A DNA stretch of 64,000 nucleotides, from positions 64,001-128,000 of the forward strand of contig CAWGVS010000012.1 in the NCBI GenBank assembly GCA_963826115.1, given 5' to 3'. The position numbers were made by a program, and so were the translations under genes. The notes under the pieces are model-generated. The model was not told where the DNA came from. It made no database searches and worked only from the letters and a program-made list of their open reading frames with translations. The stretch comes from an uncultured Candidatus Rokubacteria bacterium (GTDB lineage: Bacteria > Methylomirabilota > Methylomirabilia > Rokubacteriales > DASRDR01). Each line of letters opens with the position of its first letter. Within the stretch, counting starts at the first letter, position 1. This document shows positions 38,901-48,688 of the stretch, piece by piece.

Positions 38901-40063
38901 CGCTCGCGCACGTGGAGCGCCTCCCCGCGGAGGCGCGCGATCACCGGCGCCTCCGGCTGGTCCTCCGCAAGGCATCCTCGCTGATCCACCTCGGCCGGTT
39001 CCGGGAGGTCCTGGGCGTCCTGCTCCACTGGAAGGCGAGTCTCGACCGGGTGGACGACGCCTCGCTCTCCGCGTACTACCACTTCCTCCTCGCGCGCACC
39101 CACCTGTTCGTCGGCGACCAGGAGCGCGCCATCCAGAGCGCCGAGCGCGCGATCGCCGACGCCACGCGGTGCGGGGACACGGCGACGCTCGGGAAGGCGC
39201 ACTACGTGCTCGCGCAGGAGGCGCCGCTCTCCGGGCGCGCCGCCGCGGGCATCCGCCACGCGCAGGAGGCGCTGGCGTGCCTCGAGCGGGTGGGACGCGC
39301 CTGGTGGGTCGGTCAGGCCCACTGGATCGTCGGCCTGAACCACGCGCTCCTCGGCGAGCTCGACGCGGCGCTCGAGTCCGAGACGCGGGCGCGGCTGATC
39401 GGGGAGACGGTCGGCTACCGTCAGCTCCAGGCCTCCGCCCTGATGGCGACGGGCATCGTCCAGGCGGTCCTCGGCGACACCACGGCCGGTATCGAGGCGT
39501 GCGAGCGCGGGGTCTCGCTCGCCCCTGACCCCTTGACCAGCGCGGTCGCCCTGGGCTGGCTCGGCTTCGCCTTCATGGAGCACGGCGACGCCAAGCGGGC
39601 CATCCCGGTCCTCGAGCGCTCGGCCGAGCAGCATCGCGTGTTCCGCTTCCCGCAGTTCCAGAGCTGGTTCACCGCCTTCCTGGCGGAGGCGTACCGGCTC
39701 GACGGCCAGCTCGACCGCGCCCACACCGCGGCGCGGGAGGCGCTCGAGATCGCCCGGACGTCCGGCTCTCGGTACGGGGTCGGGCAGGCCCTCCGCGCCC
39801 TCGGGCGTATCCAGGTGGCGGCCGGCGCGCCGGCCGACGCCATGGCCACGCTCCAGGACGCGGTGACGACCTTCGAGGAGATCCGGGCGCGCTACGACAC
39901 GGCGCGCGGCTGGCTCGACCTCGGCGCGGCCGCCGTCGCGGCCGGCGACCGGGCCGCGGCGGCCGAGCACTGGGAGCGCGCGCGCCGCCGCCTCGTCGAG
40001 CTCCACGTCCCTCGCTGGGTGGAGCGCGCGGAGACCCTCGTCCGGAGTCTCGGGGGCGCCTGA
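35990..40063 (+). CDS. multidomain sigma54 activator: AAA+ bEBP - Fis HTH - degenerate class III cyclase - STAND NTPase - TPR (paralog 2)
   Basis: Start taken at MGPLAALLGDSP by alignment to paralog 1. GETGTGKG, ELFGFERGAFTDA, LFLDEIG, FREDLYHRL; HTH; GEAGIGKS, CEDLQWID, AEGNPFFLEE, FKHALTQEV; TPR-like repeats. Confidence 0.9.
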   Translation: MGPLAALLGDSPAIKALREKVARLLQHPSDRGRLPPVLIQGETGTGKGLLADVLHREGPRADQPFVPVNCAAIPLNLLEAELFGFERGAFTDARQPKPGLFQAANRGTLFLDEIGELPLELQAKLLKVLEDRTVRRLGATRSEPVDVWIVTASNEDLEAAVRERKFREDLYHRLAVFPLRMPPLRERGHDVILLGEHFLRQACAEYALPVKSLAPDARAALLAHPWKGNVRELTNTMERVAVLVDAPVVTAVMLDLSVPPDRVEASGKAPSDSAPSSRALGETLDAVERHRLLEALDETFWNVTRAARRLGISRDTLRYRIEKHGLRSGGRRSAAEPPPTAELTPAPPPRPPVTPEAPAAAIRWEQRRVTLLRAVIDGPPLADDRLYPTRLIEALQEKALTFGGRVEDLGPTGIVASFGLEPVEDATRRAAHAAVAIRKAVERERRAEPPITVRMGIHVTQLLVGHAGRDIRLELDGKRRAWDALERLVLRADPDRTVVSEAAGPFLDRRFALVLLPAPGPGDTPVYRLDGVERGGLGSGRRLTVLAGRGRELEFLRDRLASAAEGRGQVVGIVGEAGIGKSRLLHELRKSLRGERVAWFEGHCPSYGSAVPYLPVIAILRRSFHIAESDSPASTARKVRSRLEELGMDPEEYAVYLHHLLGVKHETERLSMLTPEAIRARTVDALRQMGLRGSRQRPTVYVCEDLQWIDRTSEECLHALLETTTGASVLSLFTYRPGYHPPWMNKSYATQLALQPLSRGDSEQIVESLLLARGGHDALAPAILSKAEGNPFFLEELCRTVAEQPDAAGGLAVPDTVQEALRARIDRLPEDVKDALRLASVIGREVPLRLLQAVWRGPGDIERHLRELTRLEFLFEQTRFGESVYVFKHALTQEVVYDSLPVTHRHALHAAAARALERLYEGRLEEADDRLAYHYARTDQSDRAVECLSRVAQKAARGHAHAEALAALDEALAHVERLPAEARDHRRLRLVLRKASSLIHLGRFREVLGVLLHWKASLDRVDDASLSAYYHFLLARTHLFVGDQERAIQSAERAIADATRCGDTATLGKAHYVLAQEAPLSGRAAAGIRHAQEALACLERVGRAWWVGQAHWIVGLNHALLGELDAALESETRARLIGETVGYRQLQASALMATGIVQAVLGDTTAGIEACERGVSLAPDPLTSAVALGWLGFAFMEHGDAKRAIPVLERSAEQHRVFRFPQFQSWFTAFLAEAYRLDGQLDRAHTAAREALEIARTSGSRYGVGQALRALGRIQVAAGAPADAMATLQDAVTTFEEIRARYDTARGWLDLGAAAVAAGDRAAAAEHWERARRRLVELHVPRWVERAETLVRSLGGA

Positions 40064-40113
40064 CCGCGCGCCGTTCCGCCGGCGCCGCTTCCTCCCCCGC
40101 GTAGAATGTGGGG

Positions 40114-42042
40114 GTGATTCAGCTCGAGGGCGTCTCCAAGGCCTACGGCGACCGCGTGCTCTTCCGCGGGGTCACGTGGCAGCTCGCCGGCCGCGAGCGC
40201 ATCGGGCTCGTCGGGCCGAACGGCATCGGCAAGACGACGCTCTGCCGGATCCTGGCGGGACTCGACTCACCGGACACCGGGCGCGTGAGCCGGGCCCGCG
40301 AGGCGACGGTCGGCTACCTCCCGCAGGAGGCCGCCGGCGAGGCCCGCGGCTCCGTCCTCGGCGAGGTCCTCTCGGGGTTCCCGGAAGTCTGGGAGCTCGA
40401 GCGACAGATGGAGGCACTCGCCGCGCAGCTCCACGAGGCCTCCGACGAGGCGCTGACCGCGCGGTACGGGGACCTCCAGCACCGGTTCGAGGCGCTCGGC
40501 GGGTACCGGCTCGAGACGGAGGCCCGCGTCGTCCTGAGCGGGCTCGGCTTCCGGGAGGCGGAGCTCGCGCGGCCTCTCCAGGAGTTCTCGGGCGGCTGGC
40601 GGATGCGCGCGGCGCTCGCGCGGCTCCTCCTGCAGCACCCGACGCTCCTCCTCCTCGACGAGCCGACGAACCACCTCGACCTCGAGTCGCTCGGGTGGCT
40701 CGAGAGCTACCTCGACGCCTACGACGGCTCCGTCGCCGTCGTCTCCCACGACCGGTATTTCCTGAACCGCATGGTGACGACGATCGCCGACCTGTCGCCG
40801 GCCGGGCTCGAGCTCTATCCCGGTGACTACGACGACTACCTCGCGCAGCGCGAGGCCCGGCAGGCCCTGCTCGAGGCGCGGGCGCGCAACCAGGCCAAGC
40901 GCGTGGCGGAGATCGAGCGCTTCATCGAGCGCTTCCGCTACAAGGCGACGAAGGCGCGCCAGGTCCAGAGCCGGATCAAGATGCTGGGGCGCATCGACCG
41001 GATCGAGGTCGACGGGGCCGCCCGCCAGATCCGCTTCCGGTTCCCGGCGCCGCCGCGGACGGGCCGGCACGTCGTCCAGCTCCGGCGCGTCGCCAAGGCC
41101 TACGGCCCCAAGGTCGTCTACGCCGGGATCGACCTGGATCTCGAGCGCGGCGATCGCGTCGCCCTCGTCGGGCCGAACGGCGCCGGGAAGTCGACGCTCC
41201 TCCGCATCCTCGCGGGCGCGCTCGCGCCCGACGGCGGGGAGCGGGTCCTGGGCGCCCACGTCGCCGCGCAGTACTACGCCCAGCACCAGCTCGACGCTCT
41301 CGATCCCGCGCGCACCGTGCTCGAGGAGATGGAGGCGGCCGCGCCGGACACCGACCGCACGCGGCTTCGCACGCTGCTCGGCGCCTTCCTCTTCTCGGGC
41401 GACGCCGTGGACAAGCGCGTCCGGGTGCTCTCCGGGGGGGAGAAGGCGCGGCTCGCCCTCGCGCGGATGCTCGCGCGGCCCGCGCCCCTCCTCTGCCTGG
41501 ACGAGCCCACGAACCACCTGGACCTCGCGTCCCGCGCCGTCCTCGAGGATGCCCTCGCCGACTTCGCGGGGACGATGGTGTTCATCTCGCACGATCGCTA
41601 CTTCATCAACCGTCTGGCCACCAAGGTCATCGAGGTCCGGGACGGCCGCCTCGTGACCCATCTCGGCGGCTACGACGACTACCAGGCCGCGCTCACCCGC
41701 CCCGCCGCGGCGCCGGCCACGCCCGTCGCGCCGCCGCCCGCGCGGGAGCCGGCCACGGCGACGGCCAGCCCGCCGGCGCCACCCGGGCGCGCGCGGCGCC
41801 GGCCACGCGTCGACCCGGTCGTGCGCGAGCTCCGGCACCGCCTCGACGGCCTCGAGACCCAGATCCACGCGCTCGAGGCGCGGCTCGAGGACCTCGGCCG
41901 CACCCTCGCCGACCCCGCCCTCTACGCCGACGGCGAGCGGGCACGCGCGGTGACGCTCGAGCGCCAGCAGGCCGAGGAGCAGGTCGCCTGGCTGCTCCAC
42001 CAGTGGGAGACGCTGTCGGAATCCCTGACCGCCCATGAGTGA
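40114..42042 (+). CDS. ABC-F family ATP-binding protein (YheS/Uup-like)
   Basis: Two ABC cassettes (GPNGIGKT / FSGGWRMR / LDEPTNHLD and GPNGAGKS / LSGGEK / LDEPTNHLD), no TM, C-terminal coiled coil. Start is either 40108 or 40114. Confidence 0.92.
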   Translation: MIQLEGVSKAYGDRVLFRGVTWQLAGRERIGLVGPNGIGKTTLCRILAGLDSPDTGRVSRAREATVGYLPQEAAGEARGSVLGEVLSGFPEVWELERQMEALAAQLHEASDEALTARYGDLQHRFEALGGYRLETEARVVLSGLGFREAELARPLQEFSGGWRMRAALARLLLQHPTLLLLDEPTNHLDLESLGWLESYLDAYDGSVAVVSHDRYFLNRMVTTIADLSPAGLELYPGDYDDYLAQREARQALLEARARNQAKRVAEIERFIERFRYKATKARQVQSRIKMLGRIDRIEVDGAARQIRFRFPAPPRTGRHVVQLRRVAKAYGPKVVYAGIDLDLERGDRVALVGPNGAGKSTLLRILAGALAPDGGERVLGAHVAAQYYAQHQLDALDPARTVLEEMEAAAPDTDRTRLRTLLGAFLFSGDAVDKRVRVLSGGEKARLALARMLARPAPLLCLDEPTNHLDLASRAVLEDALADFAGTMVFISHDRYFINRLATKVIEVRDGRLVTHLGGYDDYQAALTRPAAAPATPVAPPPAREPATATASPPAPPGRARRRPRVDPVVRELRHRLDGLETQIHALEARLEDLGRTLADPALYADGERARAVTLERQQAEEQVAWLLHQWETLSESLTAHE

Positions 42043-42078
42043 GGGCGGGCCGGATCCCCGGCGCTAACCCACGCGCCG

Positions 42079-42885
42079 ATGCCGTTCGCGACGGTCGACG
42101 GGCTCCGCCTCTACTACGAGTGGCACGGTCCCGAGACCGCGCCGCCCGTCGTCCTGGTGATGGGGCTCGGCGGTGACAGCACCGCCTGGCCGTTCCAGCT
42201 CGCGGCGCTCGCGCCCCGCTATCGGGTGCTGGTCTTCGACAACCGCGGCGCCGGCCGGAGCGACGCGCCCGACATCCCGTACACGACCCGTGGGATGGCC
42301 GGCGATCTCCTGGGCCTCCTCGACGCGCTCGGCGTCGAGCGGGCGCACCTCGTCGGGCTCTCGCTCGGCGGCACCATCGCCCAGGAGGCGACGCTCGCCG
42401 CGCCGGCGCGCGTCCTGAGTCTCCAGCTCCACGCGACATGGGCGGGACCGCACCCCTACTTCCAGGCGCTGGTCGGCGCGGTCCGCGCGGCCCGGCAGGG
42501 CTTCGAGCGCGAGGCCTTCTACCGGGCGCTCAGCGTGTGGCTCTTCACCCCGGCGTGCTTCGCGCGCCAGCCCGAGCTGGTGGAGATGCTGGTGCAGCGG
42601 GCGACCCACCATCCCTACCCGGTCCCGCTCCACGCCTACCTCCGCCAGAGCGACGCCGCGCTCGGACACGACGCGCGGGACCGCCTCCACCTGATCCGGT
42701 GCCCGACGCTGGTCGCCGTCGGCGGCCAGGACCTGATCACGCCGCCGCTCCTGGCCGAGGAGCTCGCGAGCCGGATCCCCGGCGCCGAGCTCCGCCTCCT
42801 GCCGGACGCCGGCCACGGGGCGATCTGGGAAGCGCCCGAGACATTCAACCGCGTGTGCCTCGGCTTCCTCGACGGGCTCGCCTGA
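42079..42885 (+). CDS. alpha/beta hydrolase
   Basis: FDNRGAGRS, GLSLGG nucleophile elbow, QDLITP, AGH. Confidence 0.9.
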   Translation: MPFATVDGLRLYYEWHGPETAPPVVLVMGLGGDSTAWPFQLAALAPRYRVLVFDNRGAGRSDAPDIPYTTRGMAGDLLGLLDALGVERAHLVGLSLGGTIAQEATLAAPARVLSLQLHATWAGPHPYFQALVGAVRAARQGFEREAFYRALSVWLFTPACFARQPELVEMLVQRATHHPYPVPLHAYLRQSDAALGHDARDRLHLIRCPTLVAVGGQDLITPPLLAEELASRIPGAELRLLPDAGHGAIWEAPETFNRVCLGFLDGLA

Positions 42886-42923
42886 GCCTCGCGCGAGGGA
42901 TCGGGCCGGAACCCCGCGGAAAA

Positions 42924-42952
42924 TTGACAGCCCCGGATCGCGGGGCTATCAT
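42924..42952 (+). promoter_or_regulatory. sigma70-type promoter of hom
   Basis: TTGACA-17 nt-TATCAT. Confidence 0.75.
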
Positions 42953-43016
42953 CCAGGCTCGTTCCCGCCCGGTGGATTCAGCGGTTCGTCGGTCATCCTC
43001 ACGAAGGGGGTCAGGC

Positions 43017-44309
43017 GTGCGCGAGATCGGGATCGGCGTCCTCGGCGCCGGCACCGTCGGCGGCGGGGTGCTCAAGATCTACCGCCAGCACCGCGCCGAT
43101 CTCGAGGCGCGCGCGGGCTGCCGCCTCCGCATCGTGGCCGTCGTGGCCCGCGACGTCGCCGCGCCGCGCGAGGGGCTCGAGCTGGCCGACTGGCCACTCA
43201 GCGCCGACCCCGAGCGTGTCCTCGCCGACCCGGCCGTCTCCCTCGTCGTCGAGGTGATCGGGGGGCTCGAGCCCGCGCGCACGTACGTCCTCCGCGCGCT
43301 GGAGGCCGGCAAGCACGTCGTGACGGCGAACAAGGCGCTCCTCGCGACCCACGGGACGGAGCTCTTCGCGGCGGCGCGGCGGCGCGGCGTGCTGCTCGCG
43401 TTCGAGGCGGCGGTCGCGGGGGGCGTGCCGATCATCGGCGCCCTGCGGGACGGCCTGGCCGCGAACCGGATCCTCGGGCTCCAGGGCATCGTGAACGGCA
43501 CCTCGAACTTCATCCTGACGAAGATGACGGACGAGGGGCGCGACTTCGCCGAGGCGCTCCGGGAGGCGCAGGCCGCGGGCTACGCGGAGGCCGATCCCAC
43601 CCTGGACGTCGAGGGGATCGATTCCGCGCACAAGTTGCAGATCCTCGCGTCCCTGGCCTTCCGGACTCAGGTGGACCTCAAGGACATCTACACGGCGGGG
43701 ATCGCCCGGCTGGAGGCGATCGAGATCGCCTACGCGCGGGAGCTCGGGTACCGGGTCAAGCTCCTCGCGATCGCGAAGGCCTCCGACGGCGCCCTCGAGG
43801 CCCGCGTGCACCCGACCCTCATCCCCGCCTCGTCGCCCCTCGCCGCCGTCTCCGGCGCCTTCAACGCGATCCTGGTGATCGGAGACGCCGCCGGCGACCA
43901 GATGTTCTACGGCCGGGGGGCGGGCCAGATGCCGACGGCGTCGGCGGTCTGGTCGGACGCCATCGACCTCGCGCGGCGCATCGCGCACCAGCACGTGGTC
44001 CTGGCCGAGGACTTCCCGCTGGGCGGCGAGCGCCGCCTCCGGATGCGCCCCATGAGCGAGGTCCGCTCGGCCTACTACCTCCGCGCGATGGTCCAGGACC
44101 GCCCGGGCGTGCTCTCGCAAGTGGCCGGGATCCTCGGGCGCCACGACATCTCGATCGCCTCGGTCATCCAGAAGGGGCGGGCCGGCGCGGTGCCCATCGT
44201 CATGATGACGCACGAGGCGCTCGAGCGAAACATGACGGCCGCGCTCACGGAGATCGACCGCCTCGGCGTCGTGGCCCTCCCGACCGTGCTCCTCCGCGTC
44301 GAGGCCTAG
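43017..44309 (+). CDS. hom: homoserine dehydrogenase
   Basis: GAGTVGGG, VVTANKALL, FEAAVAGGVP, GIVNGTSNFIL, GYAEADP, C-terminal ACT (DRPGVL). Confidence 0.95.
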   Translation: MREIGIGVLGAGTVGGGVLKIYRQHRADLEARAGCRLRIVAVVARDVAAPREGLELADWPLSADPERVLADPAVSLVVEVIGGLEPARTYVLRALEAGKHVVTANKALLATHGTELFAAARRRGVLLAFEAAVAGGVPIIGALRDGLAANRILGLQGIVNGTSNFILTKMTDEGRDFAEALREAQAAGYAEADPTLDVEGIDSAHKLQILASLAFRTQVDLKDIYTAGIARLEAIEIAYARELGYRVKLLAIAKASDGALEARVHPTLIPASSPLAAVSGAFNAILVIGDAAGDQMFYGRGAGQMPTASAVWSDAIDLARRIAHQHVVLAEDFPLGGERRLRMRPMSEVRSAYYLRAMVQDRPGVLSQVAGILGRHDISIASVIQKGRAGAVPIVMMTHEALERNMTAALTEIDRLGVVALPTVLLRVEA

Positions 44310-44382
44310 CCGGGCGCGCCCGGCCTCCGCGCGCTTGAACGCGCGCGGGCCCCTGGGGTAGCATCCCCGCGATGAGCCGCTC

Positions 44383-45597
44383 ATGGGCCTGATCGTCCAG
44401 AAGTACGGCGGATCCTCGGTCGCCGACGCCCAGAAGATCCGCGGCGTCGCCCGCCGCGTCATCGAGACGGCCAAGGCCGGCCACGGCGTCGTCGTCGTCG
44501 TTTCGGCCATGGGCAAGACGACCGACGGGTTGATCCGCCTGGCCCACGAGGTCACGCCCACCCCGCCCGAGCGCGAGCTCGACATGCTGCTCGCCACCGG
44601 CGAGCAGGTCTCCATCGCGCTCCTGGCCATGGCGATCGACACCGGCGGCCACAAGGCGCGCTCGTTCACGGGCGAGCAGGCGGGGATCCGGACCGACGCC
44701 GCACACACGCGGGCGCGCATCGTCGGCATCGACGGCGACAAGGTCCGCCGCGCGCTCGACGACGGCTTCGTGGCCATCGTGGCGGGGTTCCAGGGCGTGA
44801 CCGAGGAGGACGACATCACGACGCTGGGGCGCGGCGGGTCCGATCTCACGGCGGTCGCCCTCGCCGCGGCGCTCGGCGCGGACGTCTGCGAGATCTACAC
44901 CGACGTGGACGGCGTCTTCACCGCAGATCCCAACATCGTGCCCGAGGCCAAGAAGCTCGACCGGATCTCGTACGACGAGATGCTCGAGATGGCGAGCCTG
45001 GGCGCCAAGGTGCTGCAATCCCGGTCGGTCGAGTTTGCGAAGAAGTACGGGGTGCCAGTGCACGTCCGCTCCACGTTCAAGACGGACCCCGGCACGCTCG
45101 TGACGAGAGAGGATCCGAACATGGAAGCCGTCGTCGTGACCGGCATCGCCCATGCCCGCGACCAGGCCAAGGTCACGATCCGGGGGGTCCCGGATCGGCC
45201 GGGGATCGCCGCCCAGGTCTTCGGGACCGTGGGGGACCACGGCGTCGTCGTGGACATGATCGTCCAGAACGTGAGTCGCGACGGACTGACCGACATCTCC
45301 TTCACGGTGCCCCGTGGCGATCGACCGACCGTGGTCGCCACCCTGGAGGCCATCGCCCGGAAGATCGGGGCCGAGAGCGTGACCCACGACGACCGCGTCG
45401 CCAAGGTGTCGATCATCGGCGTCGGCATGCGCAGTCACTCGGGGGTCGCCGCGCGGATGTTCCGGGCGCTCTCGCGGGAGAACGTCAACATCCACATGAT
45501 CTCGACCTCGGAGATCGCCGTCTCCTGCGTCATCGAGGACAAGTACACCGAGCTCGCCGTCCGCGCCCTCCACGACACGTTCGAGCTGGCGAGCTGA
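44383..45597 (+). CDS. lysC: aspartate kinase
   Basis: [30 protein letters not shown], two ACT domains, STSEI. Confidence 0.96.
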   Translation: MGLIVQKYGGSSVADAQKIRGVARRVIETAKAGHGVVVVVSAMGKTTDGLIRLAHEVTPTPPERELDMLLATGEQVSIALLAMAIDTGGHKARSFTGEQAGIRTDAAHTRARIVGIDGDKVRRALDDGFVAIVAGFQGVTEEDDITTLGRGGSDLTAVALAAALGADVCEIYTDVDGVFTADPNIVPEAKKLDRISYDEMLEMASLGAKVLQSRSVEFAKKYGVPVHVRSTFKTDPGTLVTREDPNMEAVVVTGIAHARDQAKVTIRGVPDRPGIAAQVFGTVGDHGVVVDMIVQNVSRDGLTDISFTVPRGDRPTVVATLEAIARKIGAESVTHDDRVAKVSIIGVGMRSHSGVAARMFRALSRENVNIHMISTSEIAVSCVIEDKYTELAVRALHDTFELAS

Positions 45598-45609
45598 CGG
45601 CGAAGCCCG

Positions 45610-48600
45610 TCAGGGCTTCGGGGCGGGGGCCGCGCCGCCGCCCGGCGGCGCCGGCGTCGAAGTCGTCGCCGGCCCGAGGCGCGAGAGCGAGTCGCGCGCC
45701 CACTGCGCGAGCGCCGGGTCGACGCCGGGCCGCGCGGCGAGCTTCCGGAGGACGATGGCGGCCTCGCGCGGCATCTGGCGGGCGACGTAGGTCTGCGCCG
45801 CCCCCTGGAGTCCCTGGGCCGCCCAGATCGGCTGGTCTCCGTACGCGTAGGTGGCGCTGAGGTAGGCGTTCAGCGCCGACTCGTAGTCGCCCCGCGTCCG
45901 GAAGAGCTCGCCGAGCCGGAACTCCGCCTCCGCCGCCACGGCCGGATCATCCGCCCGGCGCGCGACCTCGAAGGCCTGGCGCGCCTGGTCCCAGTGCTGC
46001 GCGCCCATCAGCAGTTGCCCGCGGCCCAGCTCGATCCCCGGCGTCGCCGTGTCCCCGGGGTACTGGCGGAGGAAGCCGTCCATCGCCGAGAGGGCCCGGT
46101 CCGGCTGGCCCTGCGCCTGGAAGGCGCGCACCAGGATGAGGTTCGCCCGAGCCGCGCGCGGATCGCCCGGGGGCGCGTCGCGGAGGAAGCCCTCCGCCGC
46201 CCGCTGGGCCTCGCCCGCGTCCCCCGCGGCGAGCGCGATCTCGGCGAGCCCGAACCACGCGTCGCCGCGAACGTCCGCCGACACGGGGCGGGTCAGGAGG
46301 TCCCGGTACGCCTGGCGGGCCACGTCGGGGCGCGACCCCGCGGCCGCCGTCAGGCGGAGGAGCGCATCGGTGCCCAGATCGTTCGTCGCGTGATCCCGCA
46401 GGAGCCGCTGGGTCCAGGCTTGCGCCTCGCTGAGGTCGCTCCGGTCGAGCGCGGCGACCATGAGCCCGTAGAGGACGGCGGGGGTGCCGGCATGCCGCGG
46501 GAAACGGTCGACGAAGCTCGTGCCGCGCTCGCGGAACGCGTCCCGGTCGCCCCGCTGCACGGCCACCAGCACGAGCCCGTACGTGGCCGACGTCGCGACG
46601 TCCACGGCGGCGAAGCGCGCGCGCCCGAGCGCGTCCTCCGCCTCCGCCAGGCGGTTCTGGGCGAGCGCCGCGAGCCCCGCGCCGAGCCAGCTCGAGGGCT
46701 CCTGTGGGGTCGCGCTCGCCGCGAGGCGGAACTGCCGCTCGGCCTGATCGTAGTGCCCGAGCTCGTAGTGGGCGATCCCGAGGGCGCGGCGCGCGATGGC
46801 CTGGGTGGGCAGGTCCGCGATCCGCGGCGCCAAGGGCTCGAGGGTCCGGACGGCGTCGGCGTGGGACCCCGTGCGCAAGGCGAGGATGCCGCGGTTCAGC
46901 GCGATGGCGTCGGCGTTGCGGAGTCCGGGCGGCGGCGTGGTGACGCCGCGGAGTGCCTCGAGCGCCTCCGGCTCGCGGCCCTGCCGGAGGGCGACGTCCG
47001 CGATGGCCAGCAGCGCCATGGCCCGCGTCTCGGTCTCCGGCATGCCCGCGACCTGGCGCCACTCGCGGAGCGCGCCCTCGGCGTCCCCGTCCCGGAGGAG
47101 CGCCCAGCCGAGGGCGAGGCGCGTCCGCGCCGCGAGCGGAGAATCCGGGAAGTCCCGCAGGGCGGTCCGCAGCACGGCGGCCGCGCGGTTCGGATCGTCG
47201 CCCCGCGCGGCGCTCTCCGCGACCAGGAGGAGCGCGCCCTCGCGCAGCTCGGGCAGGATTCCCACGCGGAGGAGCGCCTCGCCCTCGCGGCGCGCGCTCG
47301 CGGTGTCGTTCTCGCGCAGCGCGATCAACCCCAGCCGATAGCTCGCGCGCTGGGCCACCGCTTCCTCTTTGCCCTCGTCCCGGAGCTTTCGGAAGTGGTC
47401 CTTGGCCTCGAGGAGCCGCCCGTCCAGCTCGAGCTGCTCGCCGAGCCGGTAACGGACGTAGTCCTGCGTCGCGGGCGACAGCGGGAGGAGCAGGATCTCG
47501 CGGTAGATGTCGGTCGCTTCGCTCCCCGCGCCCCGGGCCCGCGCGGCGTCCGCGATGAGGAGGAGCGCCGCGGGCACCAGGGGATCGCGGGCCGACTCGG
47601 TCTTCAGCTGGCGCGCGGCGCTCGCCGCGCGCGCCGTGTCGCCCAGCGCCAGGTAGCCGCGGACCAGGCCGGCGCGGATCTGCGGCCGGAGCTCCGGCCG
47701 CGGGTTCGCGGCCTCGGCCTCGAGGAAGCGCTTCACCGCCTCGTCGGTGGCGTTCCGCTCGAGCGCGATCCAGCCGGCCTGCACGAGGGCGTCTCCCCGC
47801 AAGGGATGCGTCGGGGGCACGCCGGCGGCGAACCGGGTCAGGAGCTCGAGCCCGCCGTCGAGGTCGCCGAGGCGGCCCTGCGCCACCCCCCGCCAGAACG
47901 GCATCTCCGTGAGGATCGCTCCGGGGGCGCCGCTCTGGGTCACCTCGTCGAAGAGCGTGATCGCCTCGGCGGGCCGGTTCTGCAGGAGGCGCGCGATGCC
48001 CAGGAAGTAGCGCGTGACCAGCGCGAGCTGCTGGGGCGGCACCGCCTTCAGCGCGCGCTCGAGGGCCGCCTCCGCCTCGACGGGATCGCCCCGCCGGAGC
48101 GCGAGGAGCCCGAGGCCGACCTCGGCGTGCATCGCGAGAGGGGCCGGCGGCCCGAGCGACAGGCCCGCGCGATAGGCGCGCTCCGCGCGAGCCGCCGCGG
48201 GCGAGGTCGGCGTCGTCGCCTCGAGTAGCGCGAGCTCGCCCAGCCACACGTAGGTCGCCGGCGCTTGCGGCCCCCGCGGGTCGATCGCGAGGCTTTCCTC
48301 GAACGCCTCCCGGGCCTCCTTGTAGTTCCCCGAGATGACCCGGGCGACGCCGCACTCCGCGAGCGCCGCCGCGCGCCTGAACGCGACGAACGCGCACGCG
48401 AAGCCACCGGGATCGGACGGGAGCGGGAGCGGCTTCCCGACCGTGGAGATGAAGCGCGGCGCCGGGGCTTGGCCGAGCTCGAGCGCGGGCGCGGGGGCCG
48501 GCGGCGAGGGCGGCGGGTCCAGACGCGGGCGCTCGAGACCGGGCGCCAGCGGGGACACGGTCACGGCCAGGGGCGGCGGCGGGAACTCCACTCCGCGCGG

Positions 48601-48672
48601 CGGCGCCGCGACGGCCGGCGCCGCCAGGACGACGGCGACGCCGAAGGCTAGCACTCGCGCCCAACCGATCAT
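45610..48672 (-). CDS. large exported TPR-repeat protein (1020 aa)
   Basis: Signal peptide, Pro-rich linker, then continuous TPR-like helical hairpins. Confidence 0.8.
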   Translation of the reverse strand: MIGWARVLAFGVAVVLAAPAVAAPPRGVEFPPPPLAVTVSPLAPGLERPRLDPPPSPPAPAPALELGQAPAPRFISTVGKPLPLPSDPGGFACAFVAFRRAAALAECGVARVISGNYKEAREAFEESLAIDPRGPQAPATYVWLGELALLEATTPTSPAAARAERAYRAGLSLGPPAPLAMHAEVGLGLLALRRGDPVEAEAALERALKAVPPQQLALVTRYFLGIARLLQNRPAEAITLFDEVTQSGAPGAILTEMPFWRGVAQGRLGDLDGGLELLTRFAAGVPPTHPLRGDALVQAGWIALERNATDEAVKRFLEAEAANPRPELRPQIRAGLVRGYLALGDTARAASAARQLKTESARDPLVPAALLLIADAARARGAGSEATDIYREILLLPLSPATQDYVRYRLGEQLELDGRLLEAKDHFRKLRDEGKEEAVAQRASYRLGLIALRENDTASARREGEALLRVGILPELREGALLLVAESAARGDDPNRAAAVLRTALRDFPDSPLAARTRLALGWALLRDGDAEGALREWRQVAGMPETETRAMALLAIADVALRQGREPEALEALRGVTTPPPGLRNADAIALNRGILALRTGSHADAVRTLEPLAPRIADLPTQAIARRALGIAHYELGHYDQAERQFRLAASATPQEPSSWLGAGLAALAQNRLAEAEDALGRARFAAVDVATSATYGLVLVAVQRGDRDAFRERGTSFVDRFPRHAGTPAVLYGLMVAALDRSDLSEAQAWTQRLLRDHATNDLGTDALLRLTAAAGSRPDVARQAYRDLLTRPVSADVRGDAWFGLAEIALAAGDAGEAQRAAEGFLRDAPPGDPRAARANLILVRAFQAQGQPDRALSAMDGFLRQYPGDTATPGIELGRGQLLMGAQHWDQARQAFEVARRADDPAVAAEAEFRLGELFRTRGDYESALNAYLSATYAYGDQPIWAAQGLQGAAQTYVARQMPREAAIVLRKLAARPGVDPALAQWARDSLSRLGPATTSTPAPPGGGAAPAPKP

Positions 48673-48688
48673 GTCCGCCTCCGGCGCG

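Noticed and set aside
35882-40006. 1374-aa minus-strand ORF and many other long overlapping ORFs (e.g. 153-1835, 20807-23713, 30386-33412, 45947-48664)
   Set aside because: They are antisense or shifted shadows of genes with clear motifs. They are Arg/Gly/Pro/Ala-rich, as expected when stop codons are scarce at high GC.
29202-40063. STAND-TPR proteins as Avs-type anti-phage defence
   Set aside because: The N-terminal effector is a transcription activator rather than a nuclease, TIR, SIR2 or TM toxin, and there are no defence genes nearby. An indirect defensive output cannot be excluded.
40114-42042. ABC-F as an antibiotic resistance (ARE) protein
   Set aside because: Its features fit the housekeeping YheS/Uup-like group, with no leader peptide or mobile context.
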